The notes beneath the pieces are model-generated. The model ran no database searches. It was not told the origin of the DNA and saw only the letters and a program-made list of their open reading frames with translations. 64,000 nucleotides of DNA, taken from assembly GCA_965214635.1 (NCBI GenBank), contig OZ243964.1, forward strand, positions 1,011,575 through 1,075,574, in the 5' to 3' direction. The position numbers and the translations under genes are program-made. Shown piece after piece: positions 26,762 to 36,400 of this stretch; the stretch's first letter is position 1, and the number at the start of each line of letters is the position of its first letter. This DNA is from Dehalococcoidia bacterium. GTDB taxonomy: Bacteria; Chloroflexota; Dehalococcoidia; Lucifugimonadales; JADFKI01.

Positions 26762-27322
26762 TTACGCTTGCTCGAATGTCTTGCGGAAGTTGTAGAGCGT
26801 CATTTCGGGTTCGACAGGGGCTACGGGCAGGTAGCCCTCTTCTTGTATCTTGGCGATGATGAGCCAAGGGCCGGGTTCGTCCAAGGCTTGGCGGAATGTG
26901 GTTACGAGCGCTTCTTCGTCGCTGACAGTGGCGGTGTTGCGTATGCCGCAGCTTCTGCCGACATCCTCGAGGTCTGTCGTGAATGCGGTGTGCGTGGGCT
27001 GACCGCCGGTCTGTCCCCACTGCTCGTTGTCCCAGACGATGACGATGAGGTTATCGGGCTGCTCTTTGCCGATTGTGCCGAGCGTTCCGAGGTTCATCAG
27101 AAGGCTGCCGTCGCCGTCTAGCGAGATGACCTTTTCGTCGGTGGAGAGGGCAACGCCCAGAGCGATGGACGAGCATAATCCCATAGAGCCGTAGTTGTAG
27201 AAGTTGCGCTGTCTGTCCGGGGATGCGTGCCAAAGCTCGTCCGATGTGGGGCCGAGGTTGGACACGATGGCTGCGTCGCCAGCGTTTTGGAGCAGCAGTT
27301 GCGTGGCGGGGTATCTATGCAA
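26762..27322 (-). CDS. comE: sulfopyruvate/phosphonopyruvate decarboxylase beta subunit (TPP-binding)
   Basis: GSMGLCSSIALGVAL...LDGDGSLLMNLGTLGTI. Start taken as TTG 27322, preceded by GGAGG. The rest of the 299-aa track ORF overlaps comD out of frame. Confidence 0.8.
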   Translation of the reverse strand: MHRYPATQLLLQNAGDAAIVSNLGPTSDELWHASPDRQRNFYNYGSMGLCSSIALGVALSTDEKVISLDGDGSLLMNLGTLGTIGKEQPDNLIVIVWDNEQWGQTGGQPTHTAFTTDLEDVGRSCGIRNTATVSDEEALVTTFRQALDEPGPWLIIAKIQEEGYLPVAPVEPEMTLYNFRKTFEQA

Positions 27323-27821
27323 TTTTACCTCCGTGTAGCATTGGCGTGAGGCACAGGGCGAGTGGCTGCCGAGACGCATAGCAGAGTGTGAGTGCGCCGC
27401 TGACGCGCATAAGCAGCCGATCTTCGCTCTCGAGCGTGTAGTGGGTGATGCCCAGCACATCGAGTATGGGGCGCGTGGCGCGTCCCATAGGGACTTGAGC
27501 GATGTTGAACTCGCCGACCTCGCCGCGCAGGTTGATGAACATCGGCAGTGGTATTCGGCAGGTAATGCAGAGGCTGGCGAGCGCATTGACGGTGTTACCG
27601 AATCCGCTGGACTGCATGAACACAGCGGCGCGGCGCCCTGCGGCGTATGCGCCGGATGCAACGCCTATTGCCTCCTCTTCGCGGCTCGCCGCGACTAGGT
27701 GGAAGAACGGGTCGTCTTCTATGAGTTTAGTTACTTGATGGATGCTGATGTCCGGCACATAGACGATGAGGGATACTTCGGCGTCTTTGAGCGCTTGGAC
27801 GATTGTTTCTGCCCATGTCAT
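27315..27821 (-). CDS. comD: sulfopyruvate/phosphonopyruvate decarboxylase alpha subunit
   Basis: VYVPDISIHQV...ASREEEAIGVASGAYAAGRRAAVFMQSSGFGN. Confidence 0.8.
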   Translation of the reverse strand: MTWAETIVQALKDAEVSLIVYVPDISIHQVTKLIEDDPFFHLVAASREEEAIGVASGAYAAGRRAAVFMQSSGFGNTVNALASLCITCRIPLPMFINLRGEVGEFNIAQVPMGRATRPILDVLGITHYTLESEDRLLMRVSGALTLCYASRQPLALCLTPMLHGGKIA

Positions 27822-27932
27822 AGGATGATTAGTCTTTCGGTTTGTTGGTTAGAATGCTTCGTCTCTGGGGATGGGAACTTGAGGGTATTCTATACTATTG
27901 GGTTGCACTTGGGTGCTGTTGTGGTGCAATTT

Positions 27933-28349
27933 CTAGCACGCTGCGCCTGCGGTTCCGCTTATGTCCGCCGGAATTTCTGACCATGCCCGCTCTCGGCTTC
28001 TATTTCTGTTGACACTGATAATCGACGGAGTATGCGATGCTATTTCTTCCCACTTTTCGCCATATCTCAAGATTGCCAGCGCCATCTCTTGAAAATCTTT
28101 GTAAGTTGAGGTTTTCCAACGCAGAAGCGCCACCGTTAAACCTTGCGAAGGGTACTGCGCCACGTACGCCTGCGATGGTATTCCTGTGTCCCGCGTGACC
28201 AAAACACGGCTATGTAAGAGTACATGCTCCATTAGCGCTTTATCAGGGCGGACAGGCGCTTCAATGTCATTATAGGTAACAATGGGGTATCGCAGAATCT
28301 TGAGGGCACTTATGACAGGCATAGGCACATCTGCATCCGACACTAGCAT
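27933..28349 (-). CDS. DUF5615-like (PIN-related) putative toxin
   Basis: Small protein immediately downstream of, and overlapping, a DUF433 gene. It has the LVTRDTG-type motif. Confidence 0.6.
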   Translation of the reverse strand: MLVSDADVPMPVISALKILRYPIVTYNDIEAPVRPDKALMEHVLLHSRVLVTRDTGIPSQAYVAQYPSQGLTVALLRWKTSTYKDFQEMALAILRYGEKWEEIASHTPSIISVNRNRSRERAWSEIPADISGTAGAAC

Positions 28350-28996
28350 TAAGCCACCAACAGGAATGACTGCTCATAGTCTTTTACTTCTGCTATCTGG
28401 CTATCAGTCAGAGTGGGGTATGCTTCTTTGGGATTGCCACCGGATTCTAGGACGGACATCACTGCACGCGTAGATACACGAGTGCCTTTGATTACAGGCG
28501 CTCCGCCCAATACATCCGGGTCAACTTCTATATGCTTGAACCTTTCGCGTGGTACTAGGTCGTTCCGCAGCTCTTTAATCAACTCAGGGAAAAACACTTC
28601 AGCCATCTTCTGGCTGCCCCGCGATGCGGCAACAGGATTCCATTCTGTCATGCCTGGATCCTGCAAAATCACGGCGATAACCCCATCACTTACCAGAATC
28701 CGAGAGCGTTTCCATGCGTTGCGGTCATTGCCGCCCATATATGCGATGGTATCCAGTGCTTTTCTTATGTTTCGCGGCTTAGCGCCCTGTTCTTTCAGTC
28801 GGACAATTAGCCTCATCAACAGCAAGTCATCATAGGTATATGTGCGTTCGATCCGATTGCCCATGACGGGCTTGGAAGGTTGCAACAAGTCCGCCTTTAT
28901 CCATGCTTGGAAACTTTGGGGGCGCACTCGAGTTACTCTTGCGGCAATCTTGGCAGAATATATGCCACTTGCTTTTTCCCTTACTTGGGTTGCCAT
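28349..28996 (-). CDS. DUF433 putative antitoxin with N-terminal MerR-like HTH extension
   Basis: C-terminal LGGAPVIKGTRVSTRAVMSVLESGGNPKEAYPTLTDSQIAEV is the DUF433 signature. The N-terminal YSAKIAARVTRVRPQSFQAWIKADLL is HTH-like. Confidence 0.7.
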   Translation of the reverse strand: MATQVREKASGIYSAKIAARVTRVRPQSFQAWIKADLLQPSKPVMGNRIERTYTYDDLLLMRLIVRLKEQGAKPRNIRKALDTIAYMGGNDRNAWKRSRILVSDGVIAVILQDPGMTEWNPVAASRGSQKMAEVFFPELIKELRNDLVPRERFKHIEVDPDVLGGAPVIKGTRVSTRAVMSVLESGGNPKEAYPTLTDSQIAEVKDYEQSFLLVA

Positions 28997-29057
28997 TTTA
29001 AGTACCCCTGCAACGAGCCGTCGTCAAAGAGTTCTTGCCAAAATCAGCTCAGCCGAG

Positions 29058-29849
29058 TCAGATCCCCATGATATTGTAGCCGGTATCCACATGGAGGATT
29101 TCGCCGGTGATGCCGCTGGCTAGGTCGCTGGAAAGGAACAGCGCGGCTTTGGCGACTTCGTCGGCGGTGATATTGCGGCGCATCGGCGAGCGCTCGGCGT
29201 GGATGCGCTTCATGTCGCGGTAGTGGCTGATGACGCGCGACGAGAGCGTGTCGAGAGGGCCTGCAGAGACGGCGTTGACGCGAATGTTGTCCTCGCCGAG
29301 GTCGGATGCCAGCTGTTTGACCTCATTTTCGAGGGCGGCTTTTGCTGTCCCCATGATGTTGTAGCCGGGGAAGACGCGGTTGGCAGCTTGGAATGTGAGC
29401 GTCAGGATACTGCCACCGTCGGGCTGCATGAGCGGTGCGCCGAAGCGGGCGACGGAAAGCAGGGAGTATGCGCTGATGTCCAGTGCTAGGCGAAAGCCTT
29501 CGCGGTCGGTCTTGACGAATGCGCCGCCTAGGTCGTCGCGGTTGGCGAATGCGATGCTGTGGATGATTATGTCCAAGCCGCCGAATGCGTCCGCTGCCGC
29601 TGTGAACGCCGCCTCAACATTGGCGTCATCGCTCACATCGCACTCTATCAGCGGGGTGTCAGTTTGCCAGTCGGATACGAGGCGGGCGACGCTAGTGCGG
29701 ACGCGCTCATTCTGGTATGCGATGGCGATTTGAGCGCCCGCTTGGTGCAGGATTTGGGCGATAGACCATGCGATGCTGCGGTGGTTGGCGATGCCGAACA
29801 CCACGGCACGCTTGTCGGTGAGATCAATGGGATACATGGGCAGTCTCAA
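29058..29849 (-). CDS. fabI: enoyl-[acyl-carrier-protein] reductase (NADH)
   Basis: AVVFGIANHRSIAWSIAQ, YNIMGTAKAALE, SAGPLDTLSS. Confidence 0.9.
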   Translation of the reverse strand: MRLPMYPIDLTDKRAVVFGIANHRSIAWSIAQILHQAGAQIAIAYQNERVRTSVARLVSDWQTDTPLIECDVSDDANVEAAFTAAADAFGGLDIIIHSIAFANRDDLGGAFVKTDREGFRLALDISAYSLLSVARFGAPLMQPDGGSILTLTFQAANRVFPGYNIMGTAKAALENEVKQLASDLGEDNIRVNAVSAGPLDTLSSRVISHYRDMKRIHAERSPMRRNITADEVAKAALFLSSDLASGITGEILHVDTGYNIMGI

Positions 29850-30108
29850 TTGAGGATTGGGGATAGGTTTCCGTCTGAAAGCATGAAGGATTGTATCACT
29901 TTGTCAGTTAAGAGTTAAGCCAATCTTCGCGTGCAGCTTGAACTCGACCTGTCGTAAATCGATGAATATCGCAAAAGCCCATTCCCTTTCTAGGGGAAGG
30001 CTAACATTGGGAGCCGCTAATGGTCAGCGGCGGATTTCAGGACAAGCGAATGGGCTGCGTTGTTTCTAGCAGGGGATGGATGCCGTTGATACGCCGGTGT
30101 TCTTGAGG

Positions 30109-31023
30109 CTAGTGGATTTCGATGTTTGAGACGCCGGCATCTATGGTGATGTCTATGGTGTTCTCTGCCGTGCGGTAGTCGGGGGAGATGTGGACATTGT
30201 CGCCTTCTTTGGGGAAGCGGCGTCCGTCTATGGAGAAGGAGCTTACAGGGACGTCGGTTCGGATGCGCGCAGCAACCCCGTCGGGGATGATAACGACTAG
30301 GTTCGCTGCGCCGATGTCTATATCCACATGTGTGTGGCTTGCGGCTTCGGGCAGGGTGATTTCTAGGTCGGCTGCGCCACCGTCGATGGTAAGGTTGGCG
30401 ACTTTGAGGTGACGCAAGTCTAGGTCGGCGGACGCTGCTCCGATATTAATGTCTATGCCGAGCGTGGCATCGCGGGATAGCGCTATGTCCCACTCGGTAT
30501 CGACCGAGTTGGGGATGTGCCAATCATCATCATAGGCAGAAATGTCCATCTCAACAGCAGAACCGCTGCGCTTGACCGATGTACCGGCTTGGCGTCCCTG
30601 TGAGGTAACTTCTGTGAGGTTGTCAGAAGACGGCGGGAGGGACTTAAGCATGAGTTCCCCGGCGCCAAAGTCTATTTGGAGGACGGCGCTATCTGCATCA
30701 GCGAGGGGCGTCTGTTCTGAGACAACTTCGCCGCTAGAGCTGTGTGCTAGGGCAGGCGAGTCGGTGAACAGGATGATAGCTCCTCCGCCAGCGAGCAGCA
30801 CCAGCGCTATAAGCCCGGCGGCAAGCCACATGGAACGCCTACCGACAATGATGTTGATGCCGATGGCGATGAGCAGCACGGGCCACATTCGCCATAGCGT
30901 GTTCCATATGCTCCATGGAATTATGCCGTTGTTTTGGAGCAGCAGCAGGACGCCCAGCGCTATGATGAGCAGGGGAATAAGTGGAAAGCCGCTCGTGTAG
31001 GCGCGCCGCCGAGCCATGCTCAC
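30109..31023 (-). CDS. membrane protein with LiaI/LiaF-type TM region and C-terminal beta-rich (toastrack/LiaF-like) domain
   Basis: N-terminal TM helices, with a repetitive C-terminal D(I/L)xxGAxxL(x)I pattern. Confidence 0.65.
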   Translation of the reverse strand: MSMARRRAYTSGFPLIPLLIIALGVLLLLQNNGIIPWSIWNTLWRMWPVLLIAIGINIIVGRRSMWLAAGLIALVLLAGGGAIILFTDSPALAHSSSGEVVSEQTPLADADSAVLQIDFGAGELMLKSLPPSSDNLTEVTSQGRQAGTSVKRSGSAVEMDISAYDDDWHIPNSVDTEWDIALSRDATLGIDINIGAASADLDLRHLKVANLTIDGGAADLEITLPEAASHTHVDIDIGAANLVVIIPDGVAARIRTDVPVSSFSIDGRRFPKEGDNVHISPDYRTAENTIDITIDAGVSNIEIH

Positions 31024-31466
31024 CTCCGGGTGTAACTACCCACCAAGAAGGCGGCGCCTATGAGAATGAGTACGATGGGCCACATTGTTTCCCAGCGCCA
31101 CCAACCGAGGAAGCCAAGACCGGAGAGCAGGAAGGGCAGCCCGATTGCGATGAGGATTACACCTGCGAAGACGCCGGGGTTTCTGAATCTGTTCGACCCG
31201 CGCTCGGTAGGGGCTTGGGGAACGGGCGCATCGCCGTCACTGGGTGCGTCTTCGGGCAAAACTTCGGCGGATTCGGCTTTGGGCATGATGATGGCAAGGG
31301 CGATGTAGGCGATGAGGGCTAATCCGCCGGATACCAATATGAGCACCACCCACGCTATTCGCATCAGGGTTGGGTCTATGTCGATGTACTCGGCTATCCC
31401 GGCGGCGACACCGGATACCATCGTATCGGTAGCGCTGCGGTAGAGGCGTTTGGGCTTGGTGGTCAT
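31020..31466 (-). CDS. PspC domain-containing membrane protein
   Basis: RLYRSATDTMVSGVAAGIAEYIDIDPTLMRIAWVVL. Confidence 0.85.
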   Translation of the reverse strand: MTTKPKRLYRSATDTMVSGVAAGIAEYIDIDPTLMRIAWVVLILVSGGLALIAYIALAIIMPKAESAEVLPEDAPSDGDAPVPQAPTERGSNRFRNPGVFAGVILIAIGLPFLLSGLGFLGWWRWETMWPIVLILIGAAFLVGSYTRR

Positions 31467-31576
31467 TAGAGAACCCCCGCGAGCAATTGAGACTTACGAT
31501 TAAGAGCCAGAGCGTAAAGAGCGGTGATTTGGACGCCTTGCCGAAAGGGCTTGAGGTGGTGTTCTTGCGGGTGAAG

Positions 31577-32299
31577 CTAGTTTTCGATTTGGAGGCTGCC
31601 CATCAGGACAGTACCTGTGATGATGAGGTCGGGTGCGCCGGCAGCGTCGGGCTTGTGGGTACGGGTGTCTTTGGTTTCGCCTGCGACGGTGGTGTTGTCG
31701 GCGCGGACTGCCCAGTCTTGTGGCAGGCGTAGCTTGGCTTCGCCCATGACAACGGTGATGTTCAGGGTAACGGGACGTTGGGTGAGTGTGGCGTTGCGGA
31801 GGTCGATGTGCGCACTGCCCATAACGACCGTCTTTTCGCCGCCGGAGTATCCTTCGGGCGGCGCAGTCTCGCGCGCCTCGCCCATAACGGTTACGGATTC
31901 TATAGTGCCCGTGCTTGAGCTTTCTGCGGCAATGCTGTGTCTGTGACTGCGACGGGCGCGCATAGAGCCGAAGAGTATCATTGTGCCGATGAGAATTAGG
32001 ATTGCGGGCCAAAAGACGCCCCAACCTAGTTCGGGGATGATGCCGATGTTGGAGAGCGTGAGACCCACCCCCACGAGGATGAAGGCGAGCGGCAAAACTC
32101 GGCTGCGAAAGCCGCTCGACACGAACAGCCATGCACCCCATACCACCAGCGCAACGGGCCAGTAGTCGAAGATGATGCTGACGGCTTCCACTTCCAGTAT
32201 GTTGTCGGCGAGGAACAGCGCACCGATCACCACGATAATGATACCCGCAATGATGCCAGAGCCGCGCTTGCGATTAGTGTCGGATGTCATTGAAACCAC
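31577..32299 (-). CDS. LiaF-like cell-envelope stress protein
   Basis: DUF5668-type TM N-terminus. C-terminal VMGEA...VVMGSAHIDLRNA...VVMGEAKLRLP repeats. Confidence 0.7.
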   Translation of the reverse strand: MVSMTSDTNRKRGSGIIAGIIIVVIGALFLADNILEVEAVSIIFDYWPVALVVWGAWLFVSSGFRSRVLPLAFILVGVGLTLSNIGIIPELGWGVFWPAILILIGTMILFGSMRARRSHRHSIAAESSSTGTIESVTVMGEARETAPPEGYSGGEKTVVMGSAHIDLRNATLTQRPVTLNITVVMGEAKLRLPQDWAVRADNTTVAGETKDTRTHKPDAAGAPDLIITGTVLMGSLQIEN

Positions 32300-32343
32300 C
32301 TCAAATGGGAATTAGTGTCGATTGGAAAGAAGGAAGTTTCAGT

Positions 32344-32727
32344 TTAGACGTCGATGGTGCGGCGGCGGCGTTTGCGCTTGCGGCGAATGTCGCGGTGTGG
32401 GCTTTTAACGGCGCTGACAGCTACCACGATGCCGACGGCGATGAGGATGAGCGGCCAGTATGTGCCCAAGTCGAGGTCTATATGGATGAACTCGCGCAGC
32501 AGCAGGATAGAACCGATGACTATTAGCACTATGGGGAAGAACAGCCTGTGCAAGCGAGTTGCAGCAAGCCACCATACGCCAAGAGCTATTAATATGGCGG
32601 GCCAGAAGCGAAATAGGTCGCCTAGCCCGTCCACCAGCCCGAGGTTGTTGGACAGGAATATTGCACCTAGCACTACGATTATCAGGCCGGCGATGACTCC
32701 GGATGTGTTGCTGTGGTTCGATGGCAT
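32344..32727 (-). CDS. small multi-TM protein (LiaI/LiaF-like TM domain)
   Basis: Four hydrophobic segments, a basic tail, and the same strand and cluster as the Psp/Lia-like genes. Confidence 0.6.
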   Translation of the reverse strand: MPSNHSNTSGVIAGLIIVVLGAIFLSNNLGLVDGLGDLFRFWPAILIALGVWWLAATRLHRLFFPIVLIVIGSILLLREFIHIDLDLGTYWPLILIAVGIVVAVSAVKSPHRDIRRKRKRRRRTIDV

Positions 32728-32811
32728 GGCAAACGAGGCTTTGCGAATTGATGGCTGGAATCGGAGTTGGCGCTGGATGTTGAACGGTTTGTGCGGTGTT
32801 TGCGATGTGGG

Positions 32812-33045
32812 CTACTGTATGAAGTCAGACACGCGGACGGTGAAGATTGAGACCACTATGAACACCACTACCATGGCGATGGTGAACTGGAAGAGGGCTT
32901 TTTCCAGCCCACGGCGGGTGCGGAACGAGCCTTCCGCCGCACCGAATAAGCCCGAGCCTTGCCCGCGCACCTGCATCAGGATTATGGTCACCAAAATGAC
33001 GGATATGACGATTTGCACTATGTTGAAAACGAATTGTAGGTCCAT
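32812..33045 (-). CDS. secG: preprotein translocase subunit SecG
   Basis: MDLQFVFNIVQIVISVILVTIILMQVRGQGSGLFG. Start chosen at ATG 33045 rather than the track start 33147. Confidence 0.8.
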   Translation of the reverse strand: MDLQFVFNIVQIVISVILVTIILMQVRGQGSGLFGAAEGSFRTRRGLEKALFQFTIAMVVVFIVVSIFTVRVSDFIQ

Positions 33046-33228
33046 CTGTTTCCTTTTCTTGCGGCGGTTGCTCTCACTCCTAGCGTCCCCTAGGATGGGA
33101 TAGGGGTTTGATATGCTCTCTATCCAGTCCCCTCCAATTATAGGCAAGGGGTTCTAACAAGTCTCCCTCTATTATAGTTTTTGCCTCTCAATTTCCCAAG
33201 GATGCGCTGATGCATTGAATTAAGATAA

Positions 33229-34539
33229 TTAAACCTGATTGACTTCATTATAATACACATTTATTATAGCGAGCGCTAGTTTTTCAGAGTCGTGGCGTAT
33301 AGGGTGGGACAAGTCTACGAGATCTTCCGTATGCAGAAGCGCGTCTTTGAGGCGCCGCCCGTCGTGTCTGACTGCACTGCCAAAGAACTCGGGGCCAGGG
33401 TCGCGCTGACGGCTGTTCGCCATCACATGCTTCACCACGCTGCTGAAGGTGTGCTTCTTCAACGCCTCATGGTGGTCCCTGACCGAGTAGCCGGTGGTTT
33501 CGCCCTGCTCCGTGGCAATGTTCACCACATATACCTTCACGGCGGGCGATTTTTTGATGGCGTCGGCAATGCCGGATATGAGCAGATTGGGCAGGATGCT
33601 CGTGTAGAGACTACCGGGCCCGATGACGATGAGCTGAGCATCCTCTAGGGCTTTGAGCGCCATAGGGTGGGCTTCGGCGTCCGCAGGATGTATATATATC
33701 CGTTCAACATCAGAGGCGACTTCGGACAATTTGGATTCGCCGTGTACAGTAACGCCACCCGCTACTTTTGCGGACAGGCGCAGGTTCGCTCTTGTCGCGG
33801 GGATTACCTTGCCGTGTATGGACAGCACGCGGCTGGATTCGGTGAGAGCATCGTCGAAGCTGCCAGCCACATCGGTCATAGCGGTTATGAACAGGTTGCC
33901 GAAGCTATGCCCTTCCAACCCCTCGCCGCGCTCGAAGCGATACTGAAACAGCCGCGTTATGAGGGATTCATCGTCGGACATGGCGACGATGCAGTTGCGA
34001 ACATCGCCGGGGGGCAGGATGTCGAACTCCTCGCGTAGTCTGCCAGAACTACCACCATCGTCGCCCACGGTTACGATGGCAGTCAGGTTGTCGGTGTGCG
34101 CCTTCAAGCCGCGCAGCAGCACGGACAATCCCGTGCCGCCGCCTATTGCCACGATGCGGGGGCCTCTGCTGAGCAGGCGTCGAGTGTACACTTCGTCCAC
34201 GATACCACTTATGGCGGGCGAATCGAGTATCAGATGCCCGACCGAGCGGTGAAAGCCGTAGAGAGCCGCAAGCACTGCAGCGATGCCCAATGTGAGAAAG
34301 AGAACGGCGAGTATCACCACATCGGTGTTGCCGGGTAGCAAGTCGGGAAGGTTAAAGCCAAACTGCCGGAACAGCAGATACGCAATGCCCACCGAGCACA
34401 TGCCGACACCTATTGCGCCGAGCAATGCCCAGCGTTTGACGCCCACGCCGGGCGTAGCAAGACGCATCAGAGAGTGCCACAGCGAGGATGGTTCGCGACG
34501 GTGGGCGTCCTTGCCGTTGCGGCTAAATCGGCTCATCAT
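33229..34539 (-). CDS. YvcK/CofD-family (UPF0052) protein with N-terminal TM segments
   Basis: IVAIGGGTGLSVLLRGLK, VTVGDDGGSSGRLR, LPPGDVRNCIVAMSDD. Confidence 0.85.
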   Translation of the reverse strand: MMSRFSRNGKDAHRREPSSLWHSLMRLATPGVGVKRWALLGAIGVGMCSVGIAYLLFRQFGFNLPDLLPGNTDVVILAVLFLTLGIAAVLAALYGFHRSVGHLILDSPAISGIVDEVYTRRLLSRGPRIVAIGGGTGLSVLLRGLKAHTDNLTAIVTVGDDGGSSGRLREEFDILPPGDVRNCIVAMSDDESLITRLFQYRFERGEGLEGHSFGNLFITAMTDVAGSFDDALTESSRVLSIHGKVIPATRANLRLSAKVAGGVTVHGESKLSEVASDVERIYIHPADAEAHPMALKALEDAQLIVIGPGSLYTSILPNLLISGIADAIKKSPAVKVYVVNIATEQGETTGYSVRDHHEALKKHTFSSVVKHVMANSRQRDPGPEFFGSAVRHDGRRLKDALLHTEDLVDLSHPIRHDSEKLALAIINVYYNEVNQV

Positions 34540-34552
34540 TCGCTGCGGCTCA

Positions 34553-36040
34553 TCATTCGCTGCGGCTCATTGCGTCGAGTTCCGCGGTCAGAAGCTGGGA
34601 GACCAGCTGCGGGTTCGCCTTGCCGCGAGTGATTTTCATCACCTGCCCTACGAGAAAGCGCGCCGCTTGCTTCTTGCCTGCGAGGTATTCGGCGACGGGC
34701 TTGGGGTTTGCAGACAGGGCGTCGGAGATGGCGTCGGACAGGGCGTCGGCGTCGCTAATCTGCACCAGCCCCTGCTGCTGGGCGATTGACGCCGGGTCGT
34801 CGCCGCTGTTGAACATGCGCTCAAACACATCCTTAGCCATGTTGCCGCTAAGTGCGCCGTCGTTGACCATATCGAGCAGTTTGGTAAACTGCGTCGGTGC
34901 TATGCGAACGCCGTCGATGTAGCTGCCGCTCTCGTTGAGCAGCCGTCCCAGCTCGGTGAGCATCCAGTTGCTCACCTGCTTGGCGAATTGCACCTGCGCA
35001 TCTCCGTCTGCCTGCTTGACACTCATCACCGCCTCGAAGTAGTCGGCGGTGGCTCGGGTCGCCGTCAGGTGCTCGGCGTCGTACTCCGGCAGCGTGTACT
35101 GGGACATAAAGCGCCGCTTGCGCGCGTCAGGCAGCTCGGGCAGCGCTGCTCGCACCTCGCATACCCAGTCATCGGCGATGACAAGCGGAGGCAAGTCGGG
35201 TTCGGGGAAGTAGCGGTAGTCATGGGCGTACTCTTTGGTGCGCTGAGAGAATGTGGTGGCGTGGGCTTCGTCCCAGCCGCGCGTCTCTTGCACGATGATT
35301 TCGCCCTCGCGAATGGCGCGCTCTTGTCGCTCAGCTTCATATGTCAGGGCGCGGTGCACAGCGCGGAAGCTGTTCATGTTCTTGATTTCGACCTTGCTGC
35401 CAAGCTTGGATGAGCCTGCAGGGCGAACGCTGATGTTAGCGTCGCAGCGGAAGTTGCCCTCTTCCATATTGGCGCTACTGACGCCGATGTAGCGCAGGAT
35501 GGACTGCAAGGATGTGAGGTAACTGCGCGCTTCATCGGGCGTTCTCATATCGGGTTCGCTGACTATCTCCATGAGCGGAACGCCGGCGCGGTTGATGTCG
35601 AGCAGGCTGTAGCTTTCGCCGAACTCGTCGGTGCGATGGAAAAGCTTGGCGACATCCTCTTCTAAGTGTACGCGGGTTACACCGATGCGCTTTTCGCCGG
35701 CATCGGTGTCTATGGAGAGGCAGCCGCCGAGCGCAATCGGCAGGTCGTATTGGGAAATTTGATAGCCTTTCATCAGGTCGGGATATGGGTAGTTCTTGCG
35801 GTCGAATTTGGTGAATGTGGATATTTCGCATCCAAGCGCAATGCCGGTGCGGATGACGAACTCCACCGCCTTCTTGTTCATCACGGGCAGGACGCCGGGC
35901 ATGCCCATGCACACGGGGCATACGGTGCTGTTTGGCGGGGCGTCTTGATATGCGGCACTGCACGAGCAGAACATCTTGCTCTCTGTGAGCAACTGCGAAT
36001 GTACTTCCAACCCGATGACGACTTCGTACTCTGCGCTCAT
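34553..36040 (-). CDS. gatB: Asp-tRNA(Asn)/Glu-tRNA(Gln) amidotransferase subunit B
   Basis: YEVVIGLEVHSQL, CPVCMGMPGVLPV, with a C-terminal YqeY-like tail. Start at ATG 36040 (the track ORF extends to 36109). Confidence 0.92.
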   Translation of the reverse strand: MSAEYEVVIGLEVHSQLLTESKMFCSCSAAYQDAPPNSTVCPVCMGMPGVLPVMNKKAVEFVIRTGIALGCEISTFTKFDRKNYPYPDLMKGYQISQYDLPIALGGCLSIDTDAGEKRIGVTRVHLEEDVAKLFHRTDEFGESYSLLDINRAGVPLMEIVSEPDMRTPDEARSYLTSLQSILRYIGVSSANMEEGNFRCDANISVRPAGSSKLGSKVEIKNMNSFRAVHRALTYEAERQERAIREGEIIVQETRGWDEAHATTFSQRTKEYAHDYRYFPEPDLPPLVIADDWVCEVRAALPELPDARKRRFMSQYTLPEYDAEHLTATRATADYFEAVMSVKQADGDAQVQFAKQVSNWMLTELGRLLNESGSYIDGVRIAPTQFTKLLDMVNDGALSGNMAKDVFERMFNSGDDPASIAQQQGLVQISDADALSDAISDALSANPKPVAEYLAGKKQAARFLVGQVMKITRGKANPQLVSQLLTAELDAMSRSE

Positions 36041-36400
36041 GTGCGACACTCTACTTGCTTGGTAATAGTTCGGCTGCGGCGGTCGGCGTTTCCAACTGAC
36101 GCAACGCAACCCTGCTCTGCATAGACGCAGGAAAATCAGTTTAAGTATAAGAAATCGTAGGCGTTAACACAACCGAAACCCTACTCATCCGAACCACCCC
36201 AAGAGAATGCGGAGGTTATTTTGACCTTCACGCAAGTTTGCGCTAGAAGAATTTTCTTACATCTAGGCGAGCGAGATAGAGGTTCGCACATATGCATATG
36301 CACATGTTAAGGGAGAGGTTTGTTGTATGTTGTATATGGGACAAAAAAACCTCTGCTGCTATCAGCCCGTGTGCCGAAGAAGCTAGCTGCAGACCGTAGC

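Noticed and set aside
29961-30070. Nested-hairpin region (GCCCATTC...GAATGGGC enclosing GCCGCT-N7-AGCGGC), considered as a riboswitch or small RNA upstream of fabI
   Set aside because: No known riboswitch or SRP/6S-type consensus was recognised. On the minus strand the outer stem is followed by TTTTG. It sits just downstream of the 30109..31023 gene, so a compound terminator is the simpler reading.
36110-36400. AT-richer spacer with CATATGCATATGCACATG and a 96-aa ORF (36243..36533)
   Set aside because: The ORF overlaps the purN 3' end and has no recognisable features. The short palindromic run is too small to interpret, so nothing here is supportable.
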